Origin: Promethearchaeia archaeon
GTDB taxonomy: Archaea > Asgardarchaeota > Lokiarchaeia > Sigyniarchaeales > SOKP01
NCBI GenBank assembly: GCA_029856145.1
Contig: JAHQWK010000024.1
Location: forward strand, 32,001-96,000
Direction of reading: 5' to 3'
DNA length: 64,000 nt
Of the stretch, positions 40,017 to 50,291 are shown piece after piece (positions within the stretch are counted from its first letter, which is position 1; each line of letters begins with the position of its first letter). A program made the translations under genes and the position numbers. The notes beneath the pieces were generated by a model that saw only the letters and a list, made by a program, of their open reading frames with translations, made no database searches and had not been told where the DNA came from.

Positions 40017-40781
40017 CTAATAACGAAGTGTTTGGATGGTTTTAAAAGCACTATCAATATGCTGATTTGCATTTTCTAATACAATCCCCATATGACCTGG
40101 GAGCAAAATTGATACATCAAGTTCTGTAGCATGCTTAATTGATTTTTTCAAGGCATCTAATGATCCTCCTGGAAAATCATAACGACCAAAACTCCCTATT
40201 TTTAGAAATTTATCCATTTGAAAAACTAAATCTCCTGGAATTAATATTTTTTTTGTATTTTCATAATAACATATTGATCCTAAAGAATGTCCTGGCGTAT
40301 AATGGATTTGGAATTTAAATTCAGAAGATATTTCAATCTCTTTTATATTTTCTAAATTTGTGACTTTCAATGGAATGATTTCCACGCCAAACATGCTGGG
40401 TTTAATTCCTAAATTACCAGGAAATATTCGAGATACATCTCCTTCTCTTAAAATTTTAGCGGTTTCACCATAAGCATAAATTTGAGGAGGGGAATCTACC
40501 ATCAATTTCATTAATGGATAAAGCCCTAGTGTATGATCTACATGCTCGTGAGTCAAAAACACTTTAGTAATATTAGAAGGATCAAGATTATATTTTGCCA
40601 TACCCTTAAATAAACCTTTGAGAGAAATGCCATTACCTGTATCAAATAAAGCTAATTCTTTAGTATCTAAATCTTCTATGATATATTGATTGCAATCTAA
40701 CATTTGATCTTCTGAAAAATGGTAAAGATTTTTTATAACTTCTTTACCCTTTTTTTCAGATTCTCCATTAGAAAAAAACAT
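40017..40781 (-). CDS. Metallo-beta-lactamase-fold hydrolase
   Basis: THEHVDH, TPGHS, GDLVF, LLPGH. Confidence 0.9.
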   Translation of the reverse strand: MFFSNGESEKKGKEVIKNLYHFSEDQMLDCNQYIIEDLDTKELALFDTGNGISLKGLFKGMAKYNLDPSNITKVFLTHEHVDHTLGLYPLMKLMVDSPPQIYAYGETAKILREGDVSRIFPGNLGIKPSMFGVEIIPLKVTNLENIKEIEISSEFKFQIHYTPGHSLGSICYYENTKKILIPGDLVFQMDKFLKIGSFGRYDFPGGSLDALKKSIKHATELDVSILLPGHMGIVLENANQHIDSAFKTIQTLRY

Positions 40782-40894
40782 GATGTATATGCCAGTTCCG
40801 TATTTTTAACAAGATAAAATGAGCTTAACTTTTATGTTTTTCTTTTCTAATATATAACAAATTATTAAATGAACAAAAAATAAATAATAATAGT

Positions 40895-41275
40895 ATGGAA
40901 AATCAACCCAATATTGAAGATTTAAAATCTAAAGTAGGTTTTGGTATAAAATTTTGGTTAGAATTTGATAATAAAAGTATATTGGGTTCTGGATGGGCTG
41001 AGTTGTTAGATAAAATTGAAAAAAATGAAGAAGGATCTTTAACTTTAGCCGCTAAAGAATGTGGATATTCTTATAAATATGCATGGAACATTTTAAAAAG
41101 AATAGAGAAAAGAACCGGCATGTCTGTTGTAGTAACTGGTAAAGGAGGTCGTGGTGGAGGTGGATGGGTAAAGTTAAATGATTGGGGACATTACCTCTTA
41201 AAAATCTATAAAGAGTATTTAAAAGAAATAATAAAAATTGAAAAGAAATTAGGAGAATCAATAAGTAGTAGCTAA
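40895..41275 (+). CDS. ModE N-terminal-type HTH regulator (stand-alone)
   Basis: GSLTLAAKECGYSYKYAW, KGGRGGG. Confidence 0.85.
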   Translation: MENQPNIEDLKSKVGFGIKFWLEFDNKSILGSGWAELLDKIEKNEEGSLTLAAKECGYSYKYAWNILKRIEKRTGMSVVVTGKGGRGGGGWVKLNDWGHYLLKIYKEYLKEIIKIEKKLGESISSS

Positions 41276-41367
41276 TAAATATATTTTAATTTCAATATTG
41301 ATTATCTTCCATAAGGAAATTTCTGACTTTGTTTCTTGAATAATTTATTTAAATTTAGGGTTTTAAT

Positions 41368-41793
41368 ATGGAAGACTGCTTCAATCAATTAAGTAAAATA
41401 AAAGTATCTGAAATAATGATAAAAGATCCGCTATATTCCTTTCCAAATGAAAAAATCAGTGCTACTGAGCTATTGATGATAAGAAAAAATATTGATGGAC
41501 TTCCTATTGTAAAAGATCGTAAGGATAAGCAATTAATTGGGATAATTACACAAAGAGATATACGTCTTGCTAGATTTGCAATGAGTTTAGACTCACCAAA
41601 TACAACTGTTAAGGATTTAATGACACCAGAACCTTTTGTTGTAAAAGAGAATGACACACTAATATATGTTCTAGAGATAATGTTTAATAAAAAAGTACAA
41701 AGATTACCTGTTGTAGATGAAAATAATTACATTATTGGATTAGTTATGCAAAAAGAGATCCTCAAAACTCTTCTTAAATATATGAAAAAGTAA
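41368..41793 (+). CDS. CBS-domain pair protein
   Basis: GLPIV...IGIITQRDI; RLPVVD. Confidence 0.9.
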   Translation: MEDCFNQLSKIKVSEIMIKDPLYSFPNEKISATELLMIRKNIDGLPIVKDRKDKQLIGIITQRDIRLARFAMSLDSPNTTVKDLMTPEPFVVKENDTLIYVLEIMFNKKVQRLPVVDENNYIIGLVMQKEILKTLLKYMKK

Positions 41794-41892
41794 TTAAAAG
41801 AATTCTTATTTTTAAATTCTATAAAATAATTATAAAAACTATTAATTTAGATTATTAATAAGAAAAATCAAAATAAAAAACATTGATAAAAA

Positions 41893-43413
41893 ATGGCACT
41901 GCCTTTACCTGGAACACCAATTATAATTGATATCGGATCGGCATACGTAAAAATCGGATTTGCGGGAGAACCGGGGCCAAGATTTGTGTTCCCCTGCATT
42001 ACTGGAACCGAGAAATATAAATCTGTCATGGTTGATGTAAGTGCTAGAAGCATATATGTTGGAAACGATGTATCCCGTATGCGTGGTGTCCTTAAAATCA
42101 AGCATCCCGTAAGTCGTGGCGAAATCATGGACTGGGACAGTTACTATGAAATCCTGAATTACATTTTTTATTCACTACTTAGAATTGAAGATCTTACTCA
42201 ATATCCTGTATTCTATTGTGAATCTACTTTCATGCATAGAGAAACTAAAGAGTATATTGCTCGACTTTTCTTTGAAACTCATCGGGTTAAAAGTTTGATA
42301 ATGATGCCAACACCACTGTTATCTTTATTTAGTGTTGGCTTAACAACAGGCTTAGTAATCGAATCAGGAGATGGTTTGACTTGGATTGCCCCAATAATAA
42401 ATGGAACAATAGTTCAACATGCGGTTCAGAAGCTTCCTCTTGCCGGAATTGATGTAAATCAAAACTTTAAAGGTCTTTTAATGAGGGAAGGTGTAAGTAT
42501 CGCCTCTAGTGCAGCGGATGAAATCATACAAGAAATAAAAGAGAAAAATTGTTACTTTGTTTTAGACGCGAATAAGCCCTTAAAGGCAGGAGATATGTTT
42601 AGTGTTCCAATGCCAGATGGTTCGACTATTAATGTTCCAACTTATATTCTATATCAAGCTCCGGAAGTGTTATTCAATCCTGGAATGCTAGGATATAGTA
42701 ATATTATGAATCTCCCTCAAGCAATAATTGCTAGTTTAAGAAATATTGATAGTCTTTATTGGTATGATCTTTTATCTCATATAGTTTTTTCAGGAGGGAA
42801 TCTTTCATATTCCGGCTTTCAAGAACGTTTCGAGGCGGAGTTAGATTTGGTTATTCCTCAATTAGGTTCTATTCCAAAACCTGTTACACCCCTTTCTGCT
42901 GTTAAAAGCGAATTAATCAAGCTACAAGCAGTTGAAATTTCAAAAAAGAAAGAGGATACATGCCCTAACTGTGGGGCTTTTGTGGATCTTAGCGATGGAA
43001 AAAATTTATGTTCCTCGTGTGGTGGAGTATTAATCTTACCAGAAATCAAGATTGGTGAAAAAGATGAAATTAAACAAAAAACCCAAGAGGGAAAATGCCC
43101 ACATTGTGGGAAAGATGTTTCTGATTTAGATTCACTCTTTTGTCCTTATTGTGGAAAGCCGATAGAAACTTTAGAAGCAGGTAATGTCTCGAAAGAATTA
43201 ATAGAAAAAACACCTGCACAAGAATTCTCTGAATCTATTAAATCAGCAAGTAAAATACTCAAATTTTTTGTACCTAATAATCTTCAATATGCTATTTTTA
43301 ATGGAGCTGCAATTCTCGGAAGCTTGGAATCCTTTAGAAAATTATTTATTACATACGATCAGTTTCAAGTTAATAAGGAATTATTATATAGAGATATCAG
43401 TGAAATTCTTTAA
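41893..43413 (+). CDS. Actin-related protein (Asgard ARP) with a double-zinc-ribbon insertion
   Basis: IIDIGSAYVKIGFAGE, TGLVIESGDG, IKEKNCY, PEVLFNP, SGG and NGAAILGSL are collinear with actin. Confidence 0.93.
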   Translation: MALPLPGTPIIIDIGSAYVKIGFAGEPGPRFVFPCITGTEKYKSVMVDVSARSIYVGNDVSRMRGVLKIKHPVSRGEIMDWDSYYEILNYIFYSLLRIEDLTQYPVFYCESTFMHRETKEYIARLFFETHRVKSLIMMPTPLLSLFSVGLTTGLVIESGDGLTWIAPIINGTIVQHAVQKLPLAGIDVNQNFKGLLMREGVSIASSAADEIIQEIKEKNCYFVLDANKPLKAGDMFSVPMPDGSTINVPTYILYQAPEVLFNPGMLGYSNIMNLPQAIIASLRNIDSLYWYDLLSHIVFSGGNLSYSGFQERFEAELDLVIPQLGSIPKPVTPLSAVKSELIKLQAVEISKKKEDTCPNCGAFVDLSDGKNLCSSCGGVLILPEIKIGEKDEIKQKTQEGKCPHCGKDVSDLDSLFCPYCGKPIETLEAGNVSKELIEKTPAQEFSESIKSASKILKFFVPNNLQYAIFNGAAILGSLESFRKLFITYDQFQVNKELLYRDISEIL

Positions 43414-43566
43414 GTAGTAAGGATATTTCTCTTTTAATTTATAATTCTTTTTAAATCATATGAAATTGAAATATCACTTTTAGTTCATTAATCATATAGT
43501 TAATTTTTAATTTCAAGATATATTTAACAAAGTAAATTTTAATTTATCAGAATTAGGTACTTTTAA

Positions 43567-44667
43567 TTGAAGCATAAATATCGGAATTTTATCATTATTA
43601 TTTTTGTATTATTTTTAACATTAAATGCAATTCCGAGTGTGTTAGGAAAAACACGGCAGTCATATTTAAAGGATTTTATATTAGATACTGAAATTGTAGG
43701 AAAAGGGTTTTCCAATGTTATTAGTGATGAAGACAATGTGAATTTTGAAGCAACAGCTTATGCTTTGAATCTTTTGAATGATTGGGGAAGAGATCCACAA
43801 GAGATTGAAGATCTTAAAAGTAAATTGGAAGATAATATTGTAGCAATGTTTGATAGTACTCATGTAAATATATATAACTTATACTATCTATTGAATTCAC
43901 TGAACATATTAGAACATACTATTGATTCAAGTTTATCAAATAGAATTTATGAATATCTAAATGAGACTGAGCAGATAAATGGTGGATTTTCTTTTTCAAA
44001 CACAACTCATTTGCCAAGCTTAACTTATACATTTTATGTTATTCAACTTTACTCATTGATAGGGCAACCGATTGCAAATATATCAATTCATAAAGATTGG
44101 GTTCTTTCTTGTAATAATACTGATGGCGGGTATGGAGGTAATCAAACATTATCATCTACATATATTGATACATGTTTTGCAGCATTTATCCTGGATGATG
44201 AAAGATTTGGAGATATTAATGATTTAGTCGATATTAACAACACATTAACTTACCTCAAATCTTTTTATGTTAATAATTCTGCAGATCTTAACAACTATGG
44301 AGGATATCTTCCTGATGAATTAGCTGGATATGCTTTATTAAGTAGTACATATTATTGTGTAAAAGCAATTTCTTTAATCAGTGGTAGTGAATTCAATAAT
44401 CAAGAAACAAGCTCATGGGTACTAGCACGCCAAAACTTCGAGGATGGTGGATTTGTAGAGAATGCTGAAGGAATCCAACAAAAAATCTCTTCAGTCATAT
44501 CTTGCTATTATGCATACAAAACTTTGGAAATATTAGGCTCTTTATCTAGTTTATCTCTTGATGTTTGGATGGTTGAGTTTAATTATCTGATTTTAGGTAT
44601 TGTATTAGGTTCGATTGGATTAATTATCGCTATAGTTGTTTTTCTTTGGAGAAGGAGAAGAATATAA
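43567..44667 (+). CDS. Secreted, C-terminally anchored prenyltransferase/squalene-cyclase-repeat alpha-barrel protein
   Basis: Signal peptide; QINGGF, NTDGGYG and QNFEDGGF repeats; C-terminal TM followed by RRRR. Confidence 0.8.
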   Translation: MKHKYRNFIIIIFVLFLTLNAIPSVLGKTRQSYLKDFILDTEIVGKGFSNVISDEDNVNFEATAYALNLLNDWGRDPQEIEDLKSKLEDNIVAMFDSTHVNIYNLYYLLNSLNILEHTIDSSLSNRIYEYLNETEQINGGFSFSNTTHLPSLTYTFYVIQLYSLIGQPIANISIHKDWVLSCNNTDGGYGGNQTLSSTYIDTCFAAFILDDERFGDINDLVDINNTLTYLKSFYVNNSADLNNYGGYLPDELAGYALLSSTYYCVKAISLISGSEFNNQETSSWVLARQNFEDGGFVENAEGIQQKISSVISCYYAYKTLEILGSLSSLSLDVWMVEFNYLILGIVLGSIGLIIAIVVFLWRRRRI

Positions 44668-44755
44668 GGATTTAATTATTGTAAAAAAAACACAATATTT
44701 CGATATTAATATTATTACTTTTTTTAATTTCAAATTTTATTATAATCAAGATATC

Positions 44756-45619
44756 ATGAGTAATAAAATATTAGATGGAAAAAAATTAGCAGAAAAATTA
44801 AATTCAGAATTGAAAAAGCAAGTTAAAATAGCAGCAGAGAAAACGGGAATTAGACCAAAATTGGCTACGATACTTGTAGGGAAGGATCCCGCTTCTAAAG
44901 TCTATGTGAATATTAAACATAGAACTTGCCAAAGTGTAGGTATCGATTCCATTATTATAGAGTTAGAGGAGAATATTTCAAAGGAGGAACTTTTAGAGAA
45001 AATTGATAAAATTAATAAAGATGCTAGTATTCATGGAATTTTAGTGCAAATACCCCTTCCAGAACATTTAAGAGATTATACACCTGAGTTTTTAGAGAAA
45101 ATCTCACCATTAAAAGATGCAGATGGTTTAAATTCTGTTACAAGAGGAAAACTTTTTGATTATAATGAAGATCAAGGGCCTTGTACTCCAAAAGGCATTA
45201 TTTCACTATTAGAACATAATAATATAGATTTAAAAGGGAAAGATGTAGTAATTATTAATCGTTCAAATTTGGTTGGCAAACCTTTGATTTTTATGTTGTT
45301 AAAAAGAAATGCCACTGTTACTATATGTCATACTTCAACAAAGGATATTGATAGTTATCTCCAAAAAGCAGATATAGTTATAGTTGCAGTCAGAAAACCA
45401 AAATTCATAACTAAAGAAAGAATTAAAGAGGGAGCAATTCTTATTGATGTGGGTATAAATAGAATTGAAGGTAAATTATGTGGTGATGTTGATTTCGAAG
45501 GAGTCTTAGATAAGTGTGGAAAAATAACACCCGTTCCTGGAGGAATAGGCCCAATGACGGTAGCAATGCTTTGTGAGAATACGTTTTTCCTCTATAAAAA
45601 ACAGATGGAACTTCCTTAA
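44756..45619 (+). CDS. folD: Methylenetetrahydrofolate dehydrogenase/cyclohydrolase
   Basis: ILDGK, ASKVYV, GILVQIPLP, KDADG, PCTP, TPVPGGIGPMT; start moved to MSNKI. Confidence 0.95.
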   Translation: MSNKILDGKKLAEKLNSELKKQVKIAAEKTGIRPKLATILVGKDPASKVYVNIKHRTCQSVGIDSIIIELEENISKEELLEKIDKINKDASIHGILVQIPLPEHLRDYTPEFLEKISPLKDADGLNSVTRGKLFDYNEDQGPCTPKGIISLLEHNNIDLKGKDVVIINRSNLVGKPLIFMLLKRNATVTICHTSTKDIDSYLQKADIVIVAVRKPKFITKERIKEGAILIDVGINRIEGKLCGDVDFEGVLDKCGKITPVPGGIGPMTVAMLCENTFFLYKKQMELP

Positions 45620-45829
45620 TATTTCTAAAAATTAATCTTTTAAATTAGAATTCAACTTATAATTTAGGAATTGATAATCCAAAAAAAAAATTTCAATGAT
45701 ATGCTTTATCCTTTTAAAAAACAATTAAAATTATATTAAATAAAGTTTTAAAAAAAAAATAGAAATAAAAAATTTAATTATTTTATAAAAAATAACAATT
45801 TAGATAGTATATAGATATCCTTTTTTAAA

Positions 45830-46285
45830 ATGGCGATTCTTGAAGTAGGAATAAACATAGGTATGCGAAACTTAGTTGAGATTAAATATTATTCTTCCTC
45901 AGATGATGTCTTAGATCCAAACTTACGTGCGGGTTTTTTAACGGCACTTGAAAGTTTTACCAGCGAGGTATTCGGCGATAATATAAATGTAATCTCTCTT
46001 GCTTCCTTTAAGTTAGTATGCTTCTGTGAGATGATTACATTACCAAGTGATGATGAAACTAATAAACAGCCTTTATTATCATATGCTATAATAGAAAAAG
46101 CAACAGATGTTACAGTCGTCAAACGCCAGTTAAATCAAATCATTACTTATTTCTTGAACCGCTATCCCCTTAACGATATATTTTCAAAAAAACCTAAATA
46201 CTTCAAACAATTTGAAATTCGAATTAATGAAGTGTTAGGGGATTTAAAATTGAAAACAGAGGATAGATTTCGTTCTTTATTTTAA
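45830..46285 (+). CDS. Stand-alone longin-like domain protein
   Basis: LDPNLRAGFLTALESFTSEVF; beta-beta-alpha-beta-beta-beta-alpha-alpha pattern. Confidence 0.7.
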   Translation: MAILEVGINIGMRNLVEIKYYSSSDDVLDPNLRAGFLTALESFTSEVFGDNINVISLASFKLVCFCEMITLPSDDETNKQPLLSYAIIEKATDVTVVKRQLNQIITYFLNRYPLNDIFSKKPKYFKQFEIRINEVLGDLKLKTEDRFRSLF

Positions 46286-46307
46286 ATTAATACTTAAGTG
46301 TTTTGTT

Positions 46308-47501
46308 TTGAGCTCAAATTTACCGACTGCTGCAAAAGCAAAATATCAAGAATATCTTGATGCGGGTTCTACAGAAGAAAAGATAAAAAAGTTAGAAGAA
46401 TTTTTATCTTTGGTTCCTAAACATAAAGCTACAGAAAAAATTGTTGCCCTTAATAAATCTCGTTTAGCAAAGATGAAACGTGAAGTAGAGGAGCGGAGAC
46501 AAAAGCAGAAAATCACCCAAAAGATTGTCAGCCCTTTTTCAATAAAAAAGGAAGGACTCCAAATAATATTAATTAGCAATTATTATACACCTGGAGTGGG
46601 AAAAACAACTCTTTTAAATTATTTAACAGGAGCAGCAAATGAAAAAATTGGTAGATTCACCCCCATTCCAGAAATTGGAATATATAAGTATCAAAATATT
46701 AGATTTCAAATTGTGGATATGCCCTCCATTATGGAAGGTGCTTCTGATGGAGTTGGTAATGGAAAAGAAATTCTTTCGCAACTCAGAGCAGCAGATCTAT
46801 TATGTTTTTGTATCGACTTATCTCGAAATATTAAAGATCAGATGGATTTATTGTTAAAAGAATTAACTAGAGCCGACATTCGAATAAACCTACCCCCTCC
46901 ACCTCTCACTATTGAGAAAACTGGGGCGAATAAAATTCAAGTCCTATATATGACTAAAGAAGCAAAAGGAATTGAGGAATTGGAAAAATTAACAGAAGAA
47001 ATAAAAGAAATTGTGAATGAAAATGGAATACGTAATGGAATTGTAAAAATTTACGGGAAAATAACAATTGATAATATTATTGACGTTCTTACTCCCTCTG
47101 TTGTATATAAAAAAGTAATAATATTGGGGACTAAAGGGGATCTTCCTCATACTCAAGAAACTTTTGAAATGTTAAAAACGAGATATTCTGATAGATTTCC
47201 GATAATACTAGGAACAAGTTTCCAGAAAGAGAATTTTCCAAAAGATTTTGGTGAAATAATCTTAAAATTTCTAAAGAAAATTAGGATATTTACTATGAGT
47301 CGTGGAATAGTAGCCGATCAACCTCTCCTTATGGAAGAAGGAGTAACTGTAAAGGGGGTCGCTGAGAAGATTCATAGAAGCTTTTATGAGAGCTTTGACC
47401 ATGCTATTGTTATGCGTGAAGGAGTGCGCCAGAAGCGGAAAAAAGTTGGTCTAGATTATATTTTAAAGGATTATGATATAGTAGAAATACATATAACTTA
47501 A
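46308..47501 (+). CDS. DRG/OBG-family GTPase with a C-terminal TGS domain
   Basis: PKHKATE, GVGKTT, FT, DMPS, TKGD, KIHRSF, DYDIVEIH. Confidence 0.9.
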   Translation: MSSNLPTAAKAKYQEYLDAGSTEEKIKKLEEFLSLVPKHKATEKIVALNKSRLAKMKREVEERRQKQKITQKIVSPFSIKKEGLQIILISNYYTPGVGKTTLLNYLTGAANEKIGRFTPIPEIGIYKYQNIRFQIVDMPSIMEGASDGVGNGKEILSQLRAADLLCFCIDLSRNIKDQMDLLLKELTRADIRINLPPPPLTIEKTGANKIQVLYMTKEAKGIEELEKLTEEIKEIVNENGIRNGIVKIYGKITIDNIIDVLTPSVVYKKVIILGTKGDLPHTQETFEMLKTRYSDRFPIILGTSFQKENFPKDFGEIILKFLKKIRIFTMSRGIVADQPLLMEEGVTVKGVAEKIHRSFYESFDHAIVMREGVRQKRKKVGLDYILKDYDIVEIHIT

Positions 47502-50164
47502 TATTTGATATTTTCTATTAAGTTAGGTATTTCTTTGATTTCTTTCTTGAAAACATTATCTAAATTGGATATACCTTCTACAATATTTTTAATGCTCTCC
47601 AGACTGTAGATTAAATTCTCTAAATAATCAATAAGATCTCCTTTAAAAACCATGATTTTAAATTCTTCCATCAAGTAACTGGAAATCTCTTCAATTGTCA
47701 TATTATGTTTGATTCTCAAGTCAAGGATTAGTTTTTCTAAATTTAAACGACCGCAATCACAATATGGATTATCTTTACAACTGCAATTAAATATTTCGTT
47801 AGTTAATTTCATTATAAAATCAATAAAATCACGGGAAAATGATTTTCTCTTTCGGACATACTCTGCATTCATTAAGGATAATACACTAGCACTAAATAAA
47901 TTATTCGAAAAATATCTCATATTGATATTCTTTGATAAATCTGCAACTATATTTTTTGATAGGTATATGTTTCTAAGAAATTCTAAGTCTAAAGCAATAT
48001 CTAAAGGTGTTTCTAATTTATTCTGTAATTTTTTTATAATTTCAAGACTTTCATCAACACTTAAAAATGAATTTGCAATTGCTCTTCCTAAACGGGTTGC
48101 TTTAATTGTCAAATCTTCTTTTATTCGTATTAAATTAAAAGATATTAACTTCTTCAAAACTTCTTCCATATCGAAATGATTATTTATTAAACGGTTATAA
48201 AAGTTATACACAATTTCTTTTGTAATCCACTTATTAAACATAGAATTAAATGCAAGAATTTCTGTTTGAGATTTATCTTTATCAGGAACAAGCTCAAAAT
48301 CTTTAATCTTTCCATTCAATAGTTTTATTGCTATATTTTCTTCAGTAATTTTCATTTTAGGAGAATATATCTTTCCAGGTTCAACAAGTATATATGCTAA
48401 ACCCTTTTCATGTTTTTTTAATCTTCCACTTCGTCCTAGCATCTGTTCAAATTCTGCAACAGATAACCAATTTATGCCCATTGCTAAAGATTCAAAAATT
48501 ACTTGGCGAGCTGGAAGATCTACACCTGCTGCTAATGCTGCAGTTGCTATAACCCCAATAATCTTCTGAGTCTGGAATTTTTCTTCAATTTCTCTTCTTT
48601 CTTCATTGGTTAAACCTGAATGGTAAGCTAAAACATTTATCCCTTTGTTCTGTAAATAAGCTGATATCGATTCACACTTTTTTCTAGTATTTGTAAATAC
48701 TATTGATTGCCCTTTAAATCCGTATATAGATTTCATAGAAAAAGCAGCTCTTACTAACCTAGAAATATACTTATTTTTTTGAGTTTCGTTTAGACATAAT
48801 AATAAATGACGCTCAACTGGAACAGGGCGATTATTATACTTAATTAATTCACAATTTAATTTTTTAGCTAAAAACTCTGGTTCTCCTAAGGTTGCACTTA
48901 AATATAGGAACTGAGAATTGAATTGTGTTTTTAGTCTAGCTATTAAACCATCTAATATAAAACCTCGTTCTGGATCAATTAATGTTTGAATTTCATCAAT
49001 TACAATTGTACCAATATTACCTAAGAGATCTTTATTCCCACTTCTTAAAATATAGTCAATTGCTTCATAAGTTGCAATAATAACATGGGCATTAGCTAAG
49101 TCTTTAATATTGGTATCCTCTTTTTTTCCAAATAGTGATTCTCCAACTCTTTTGATGACTTTTAGCTTAATTGTTTTATATTTTTCTTTAAATTCTTCTG
49201 TCCTTATATTGGCTAAAGCTACAATTGGTACTAAATATAACATTTTTGCGGCTCTGTCTTTTAAAACTTTTGAGACTCCTGCTAATTCTCCTACTAAAGT
49301 TTTACCTCCACTCGTAGGAGCCATAATTAATTGATTATTACGTTTTGATAATAAACCCTTTTCAATGGAAATTGCTTGGATTGGCAATAAATTAGTTAAT
49401 CTTAACCCTTTCAATATCTCTTTAAACGCTGGAGGAATGTCTATACTATCTATTTCTTGATTAAGATATTTTTTGCTAATTGAAGATGATTTTTCAATAT
49501 CATAAAGTGTTATCTCACGGGATCTTACAGGATCAAAATCTGCCTTAAATGACTCCAATACTTTTCTAATATCTCTAAATTTGAGTATTAAATGCATTAA
49601 AAAATTCTTTAATTTAGGGCTGATTTTCTCTTGAGAAATAAGCCCGGTAAGCTTAATTCTATTTAACATAATATCATAAGCACATTCAGAACAAATAATT
49701 TGATTCTTATAAGATTTAATTTGAAGATTCTCATTTAATAAAGTAAAGTTATGTTTTTCCATACAAGAATTGCATAAAGTTAAATTAATAATCCTATCCG
49801 TGTCATATTGATAATTGTTTAGCATTTCTTTAACAGGTGAAACATCTTGAGAAGGAGTTTGGCTTGAAAAAGCGACAAATTTGTTTTTATCTGATAAAAT
49901 GAACTTTCTTAGTAATCGTGGATTAATTGGCTGTGAACTTCCTTCTTTCTCAATTTTATTAAAATTTAGAGGACGTATTCTATTTTTAAAATCTAGTCCA
50001 AAAATTACCGTGCCCCTAAAGAATGGTTCCTTTACGTAAGAAAATGTAAATCTCTTTTTCTTAAATGATTTTAGATAAAAGAAATTAACATTAAATTGCA
50101 ATTCTTTCTTATGCTTACGATTTCTATCAAAAACTATAAAGAAACTTCTTAAGGGAACACTCAA
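47498..50164 (-). CDS. Archaeal superfamily-2 (Ski2-like) DEAD/DEAH helicase with a C-terminal Cys-rich (DUF5814-like) domain
   Basis: APTSGGKT, DEIQ, SAT, QMLGRSGR, CSCKDNPYCDCG. Confidence 0.9.
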   Translation of the reverse strand: MSVPLRSFFIVFDRNRKHKKELQFNVNFFYLKSFKKKRFTFSYVKEPFFRGTVIFGLDFKNRIRPLNFNKIEKEGSSQPINPRLLRKFILSDKNKFVAFSSQTPSQDVSPVKEMLNNYQYDTDRIINLTLCNSCMEKHNFTLLNENLQIKSYKNQIICSECAYDIMLNRIKLTGLISQEKISPKLKNFLMHLILKFRDIRKVLESFKADFDPVRSREITLYDIEKSSSISKKYLNQEIDSIDIPPAFKEILKGLRLTNLLPIQAISIEKGLLSKRNNQLIMAPTSGGKTLVGELAGVSKVLKDRAAKMLYLVPIVALANIRTEEFKEKYKTIKLKVIKRVGESLFGKKEDTNIKDLANAHVIIATYEAIDYILRSGNKDLLGNIGTIVIDEIQTLIDPERGFILDGLIARLKTQFNSQFLYLSATLGEPEFLAKKLNCELIKYNNRPVPVERHLLLCLNETQKNKYISRLVRAAFSMKSIYGFKGQSIVFTNTRKKCESISAYLQNKGINVLAYHSGLTNEERREIEEKFQTQKIIGVIATAALAAGVDLPARQVIFESLAMGINWLSVAEFEQMLGRSGRLKKHEKGLAYILVEPGKIYSPKMKITEENIAIKLLNGKIKDFELVPDKDKSQTEILAFNSMFNKWITKEIVYNFYNRLINNHFDMEEVLKKLISFNLIRIKEDLTIKATRLGRAIANSFLSVDESLEIIKKLQNKLETPLDIALDLEFLRNIYLSKNIVADLSKNINMRYFSNNLFSASVLSLMNAEYVRKRKSFSRDFIDFIMKLTNEIFNCSCKDNPYCDCGRLNLEKLILDLRIKHNMTIEEISSYLMEEFKIMVFKGDLIDYLENLIYSLESIKNIVEGISNLDNVFKKEIKEIPNLIENIKY

Positions 50165-50291
50165 CTATGAAACCATTTAAGCAATTAATTAATAATAAAA
50201 TAAAATGAAAATTACCAAATCAAATTTTCTAGTTTTAAAATAACTGACTAAAATAACTTAAAAAATTAGATAATAAAAAAGAAATTAGAAA

